Positions 60,426-64,000 of a DNA stretch of 64,000 nt are shown one piece after another (the first letter of the stretch is position 1; each line of letters begins with the position of its first letter). Source of the stretch: Candidatus Oxydemutatoraceae bacterium (lineage in GTDB: Bacteria; Pseudomonadota; Gammaproteobacteria; Poriferisulfidales; Oxydemutatoraceae); contig CBDCOZ010000003.1 in the NCBI GenBank assembly GCA_965220085.1, forward strand, positions 1,120,001-1,184,000, given 5' to 3'. Under the pieces are notes generated by a model. It saw only the letters and a program-made list of their open reading frames with translations, was not told the origin of the DNA and did not search any database. The translations under genes and the position numbers were made by a program.

Positions 60426-61253
60426 ATGCCTGTTAATTCATTTGCAATAGTTCCGCTTCTGGTGCTCCCGCTTCTGGGCGGTGTCCTTTTCATCACGAAC
60501 GCCCCCTACATAAAATACATAGTCCGCAACTTTTCCGGTCAATGGCTTATTCTATGGGCGGCCTTGGCAGGTGTTTTGTTGCTCGCAATAGCCCACCTCG
60601 TCGTTGTATTTGCCATATCGCCGATTTGGGCCGAATCACCCAATCGGTTTGCGTCACTTTGGAACGAAATATTCCCCGCTCCTTACTCTCTGTCATTTAC
60701 TCTGGCTTTTTTATTGGGTTGCTTGCCTTGGGTTCTGTTCACATTACTTGCCTGGTGTCCTTACACATCCAAAAAGGTTAAAAATCTGAATGACAAAATG
60801 GTAGGGAAAGCAATTAAGAGGTTTGGCAACGGGGCTGAAAACCTATTCTATGAAGCAACCAAAGGCAAACAACAAATATCTATCACAACCAAAAGCGGAA
60901 AAGTTTACATCGGATATATCATTCGCCGCAAACCCGTCGCATTGCATAGCGACTCATCCTATGTCGGAATTCTGCCGACCGCCAGCGGTTACCGGGATGC
61001 GGTCACGAAAAAGATGGAACTCACCACAGACTATCGTTGGATACGGGAGAAGGGCATCGCGGTGAATGCCAAAGAGGAGACCGCGCATAGCGCGACCCAT
61101 GCCGAGGAGGAAGCTGCAAATAGTGTGGATAAGGACATGGTGTTTGCCAAGTACTTCCCATTCTCCGAAATCGCCATTCTCTCAAGGTTTAACCCCAACA
61201 TCGACAGTTCCGGTTTCTCCGCAGAGGCGGATGACTTTGCCGACAAGAGATAG
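60426..61253 (+). CDS. Hypothetical membrane protein
   Basis: Three N-terminal TM segments; GKVYIG, LPTASGYRD. Confidence 0.7.
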   Translation: MPVNSFAIVPLLVLPLLGGVLFITNAPYIKYIVRNFSGQWLILWAALAGVLLLAIAHLVVVFAISPIWAESPNRFASLWNEIFPAPYSLSFTLAFLLGCLPWVLFTLLAWCPYTSKKVKNLNDKMVGKAIKRFGNGAENLFYEATKGKQQISITTKSGKVYIGYIIRRKPVALHSDSSYVGILPTASGYRDAVTKKMELTTDYRWIREKGIAVNAKEETAHSATHAEEEAANSVDKDMVFAKYFPFSEIAILSRFNPNIDSSGFSAEADDFADKR

Positions 61254-61273
61254 CATGCCCGCTTTATACGCCA

Positions 61274-61780
61274 TCCGCTTGCCGCGCATCTTGCTCGCTG
61301 CCGCCGCTGTCGCACCGAAGCCGCGCTCCCCGGGTCATGCTCGCTGATACCATCCGCATAGCGCCGTCGTCGGGCCGTGCGCCCGTATTGTTGCTACTCG
61401 GCGCATTGCTCATCGCCGCCATCTCAGGCGCCGCCTTGCTCGGCACGGCGCACATTCCGCCATACGACTTGCTGTCGGCGTCGTTGAACGAAACACAGCG
61501 AGCCATTTTGTACCACATCCGCTTGCCGCGCACCTTGCTCACTGCCGCACCCAAGGCGCGCTCCCCGGGTCATGCTCGCTGATACCATCCGCATAGCGCC
61601 GTCGTCGGGTCGCGCACCCGTATTGTTGCTACTCGGCGCATTGCTCATCGCCGCCATCTCAGGCGCCGCCTTGCTCGGCACGGCGCACATCCCGCTATAC
61701 GACTTGCTGTCGGCGTCGTTGAACGAAACACAGCGAGCCATTTTGTACCACATCCGCTTGCCGCGCATCTTGCTTGCCGC
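61274..61780 (+). repeat. 235-bp tandem duplication of the hmuU 5' end
   Basis: Identical starts [13 protein letters not shown] at 61337 and 61572; partial third copy at 61274-61336. Confidence 0.85.
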
Positions 61781-62597
61781 CATCGTCGGCGCCGCGCTAG
61801 CCGCATCCGGCGCCGCCATGCAAGGCTTGTTCCGCAACCCGCTGGCGGACCCGGGGCTGATTGGCATTGCCAGCGGCGCCGCGCTGGCGGTAGCGGTGAC
61901 GCTGGTACTCATCGGGCCGGTCTCAAGCGCGCTGGGAATGTACAGCCTGAGCATCGCCGCTTTTTGCGGCGGCATTACTACGTGCTGGATCATCGCCCGC
62001 TTCGCAAAACTGACCGGCTCGTTTTCGGTCACGCATATGCTGCTTGCGGGCATCGCAATCAACGCGCTGGCAGCGGCAGGCGCCGGCTTCCTCACTTATA
62101 TAAGCGACGATACGCAGTTGCGCACGCTGACCTTCTGGACGATGGGCAGCATCACCGGGGCATTGTGGTCGGGTGTGTTTGTGGCGGCAACCGTCATCGT
62201 GCCGGTCGTATTCGCCCTCATCCGCAACGGCAAGATTTTAAACATCCTGCTACTGGGCGAGGACGAAGCGCGCCATCTGGGCGTCAACAGCGAGCGGCTC
62301 AAGAATGTAATCATGGCATGCGTTGCGCTATCGGTCGGCGCGGCAGTCGCACTCACCGGCATCATCGGCTTCATCGGTCTGGTCGCGCCACACCTAATCC
62401 GCCTTTTAATCGGGCCGGATCACCGCACATTAATTCCCGCCTCGGCAATGCTGGGCGCGCTGATGCTCGTCATCGCCGACACAGCCGCGCGCACCATACT
62501 CTCGCCCGCGGAAATCCCGGTCGGCATCCTCACCAGCCTGATCGGCGGGCCGTTCTTCCTATATCTTTTGCTAAGGCAATATCGCGGGCGGTCTTGA
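61572..62597 (+). CDS. hmuU: Heme/iron-chelate ABC transporter permease (FecCD family)
   Basis: [44 protein letters not shown]. Confidence 0.85.
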   Translation: MLADTIRIAPSSGRAPVLLLLGALLIAAISGAALLGTAHIPLYDLLSASLNETQRAILYHIRLPRILLAAIVGAALAASGAAMQGLFRNPLADPGLIGIASGAALAVAVTLVLIGPVSSALGMYSLSIAAFCGGITTCWIIARFAKLTGSFSVTHMLLAGIAINALAAAGAGFLTYISDDTQLRTLTFWTMGSITGALWSGVFVAATVIVPVVFALIRNGKILNILLLGEDEARHLGVNSERLKNVIMACVALSVGAAVALTGIIGFIGLVAPHLIRLLIGPDHRTLIPASAMLGALMLVIADTAARTILSPAEIPVGILTSLIGGPFFLYLLLRQYRGRS

Positions 62598-63436
62598 ATA
62601 TGCTAGAGGCGCGCAACACCACCGCTGAGATTGGCGGCACGCGAATACTAAAAGACATCAGCGTTGCTTTCGCTCCGGGCGAAGTCGCGGCAATGCTGGG
62701 CGCGCTGATGCTCGTCATCGCCGACACAGCCGCGCGCACCGTACTCTCGCCCGCAGAAATCCCGGTCGGCATCCTCACCAGCCTGATCGGCGGGCCGTTC
62801 TTCCTATGCCTTTTGCTAAGGCAATATCGCGGGCGGTCTTGAATATGCTAGAGGCGCGCAACACCACCGCTGAGATTGGCGGCACGCGAATACTAAAAGA
62901 CATCAGCGTTGCTTTCGCTCCGGGCGAAGTCGCGGCAATGCTGGGCGCGCTGATGCTCGTCATCGCCGACACAGCCGCGCGCACCGTACTCTCGCCCGCA
63001 GAAATCCCGGTCGGCATCCTCACCAGCCTGATCGGCGGGCCGTTCTTCCTATGCCTTCTGCTAAGGCAATATCGCGGGCGGTCTTGAATATGCTAGAGGC
63101 GCGCAACATCACCGCTGAGATTGGCGGCACGCGAATACTAAAAGACATCAGCGTTGCTTTTGACCCGGGCGAAGTCGCGGCAATGCTGGGCGCGCTGATG
63201 CTCGTCATCGCCGACACAGCCGCGCGCACCGTACTCTCGCCCGCAGAAATCCCGGTCGGCATCCTCACCAGCCTGATCGGCGGGCCGTTCTTCCTATGCC
63301 TTCTGCTAAGGCAATATCGCGGGCGGTCTTGAATATGCTAGAGGCGCGCAACATCACCGCTGAGATTGGCGGCACGCGAATACTAAAAGACATCAGCGTT
63401 GCTTTTGACCCGGGCGAAGTCGCGGCAATACTGGGC
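62443..63436 (+). repeat. Four 245-bp tandem units spanning the hmuU 3' end and hmuV 5' end
   Basis: CGGCAATRCTGGGC at 62443, 62688, 62933, 63178, 63423; chimeric 80-aa ORFs at 62600, 62845, 63090. Confidence 0.92.
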
Positions 63437-64000
63437 CCAAACGGCGCCGGCAAATCCACTTTGCTCAGGTGCTTAAGCGGCGCTCTGCATCCGGTCACAG
63501 GCGAGGTCTTGCTGGCGCAGCGCCCGCTGTCGGAGTTTGCCCTGAACGCACTGGCCAAAAGACGCGCCGTGTTATCGCAATCCGCTCCGATTGCATTCCC
63601 GTTCACGGCGGGGGAGGTTGCAATGATGGGCCGCAACCCGCACATCAACAACTACCCGGGCGCCGAAGACGAGGCAATCGTTGACGAAGCGCTGCGCAGT
63701 GTCGATGCCTACGACTTCAAAGCGCGCATTTTCCCGACCCTCTCCGGCGGCGAGCAACAGCGCGGGCAATTGGCGCGTGTGCTTGCCCAGATATGGGGGG
63801 AGAGGCGCGCCTGTCTGTTGCTGGACGAGCCGACCGCGATGCTGGACTTAAAACACCGGCACCATGTGTTATGCCTCATCAAAAGCCTCGCCCGCGAGTT
63901 GGAATGGACGGTCATCATCGTCATCCACGACCTGCATCTGGCAAAGATGTATGCTGACAAGGTGGTTTTCATAAAGCACGGCGCGATACACGACAGCGGC
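63335..64000 (+). CDS. hmuV: Heme ABC transporter ATP-binding protein (3' end outside window)
   Basis: GPNGAGKST, FPFT..EV..MGR.P, LSGGEQQR..LARVLAQ, LLDEPT, HDL. Confidence 0.88.
   Translation, partial: MLEARNITAEIGGTRILKDISVAFDPGEVAAILGPNGAGKSTLLRCLSGALHPVTGEVLLAQRPLSEFALNALAKRRAVLSQSAPIAFPFTAGEVAMMGRNPHINNYPGAEDEAIVDEALRSVDAYDFKARIFPTLSGGEQQRGQLARVLAQIWGERRACLLLDEPTAMLDLKHRHHVLCLIKSLARELEWTVIIVIHDLHLAKMYADKVVFIKHGAIHDSG

Noticed and set aside
61964-62842. 292-aa ORF overlapping hmuU
   Set aside because: Alternative-frame extension of the first chimeric unit; its plausible start is 62600

Overview
Proteobacterial (gamma-like 23S rRNA and housekeeping genes) window. The first ~15 kb is core genome: pyrG-kdsA-eno-ribB(X)-ribH-[nusB::thiL fusion]-pgpA-gltX, then mfd with a csiV-like gene, the flavocytochrome c sulfide dehydrogenase fccAB and a NapC/NirT cytochrome. 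The rest is largely accessory. It holds secreted Cys-rich/FN3 proteins sharing a terminal LRLRL(F)LEGPLR peptide, a McrBC plus Dsr1-like SIR2 defence block, two copies of a TraT-like lipoprotein module, a Fur-boxed porin/FMN-binding/PepSY operon, and rarA with a gene inserted at its 3' end. A solitary 23S rRNA gene (no adjacent 16S, 5S or tRNA) carries a helix-45 intervening sequence encoding a 37-aa ORF with a strong Shine-Dalgarno. From 45 to 59.5 kb lies an apparent regulon: six copies of an 18-bp near-palindromic box (ATACCCCATTTGGGTGAT), five of them 21-22 bp upstream of a -10 hexamer. These precede a stand-alone LuxR-type HTH gene, two vanadium haloperoxidases, lipoproteins and a TraT-like gene. 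The window ends in hmuU/hmuV heme-transport genes with tandem amplifications that create in-frame chimeric ORFs. Product calls rest on motif recognition by eye, with no database searches. A host-associated (e.g. marine invertebrate symbiont) lifestyle is inference only.
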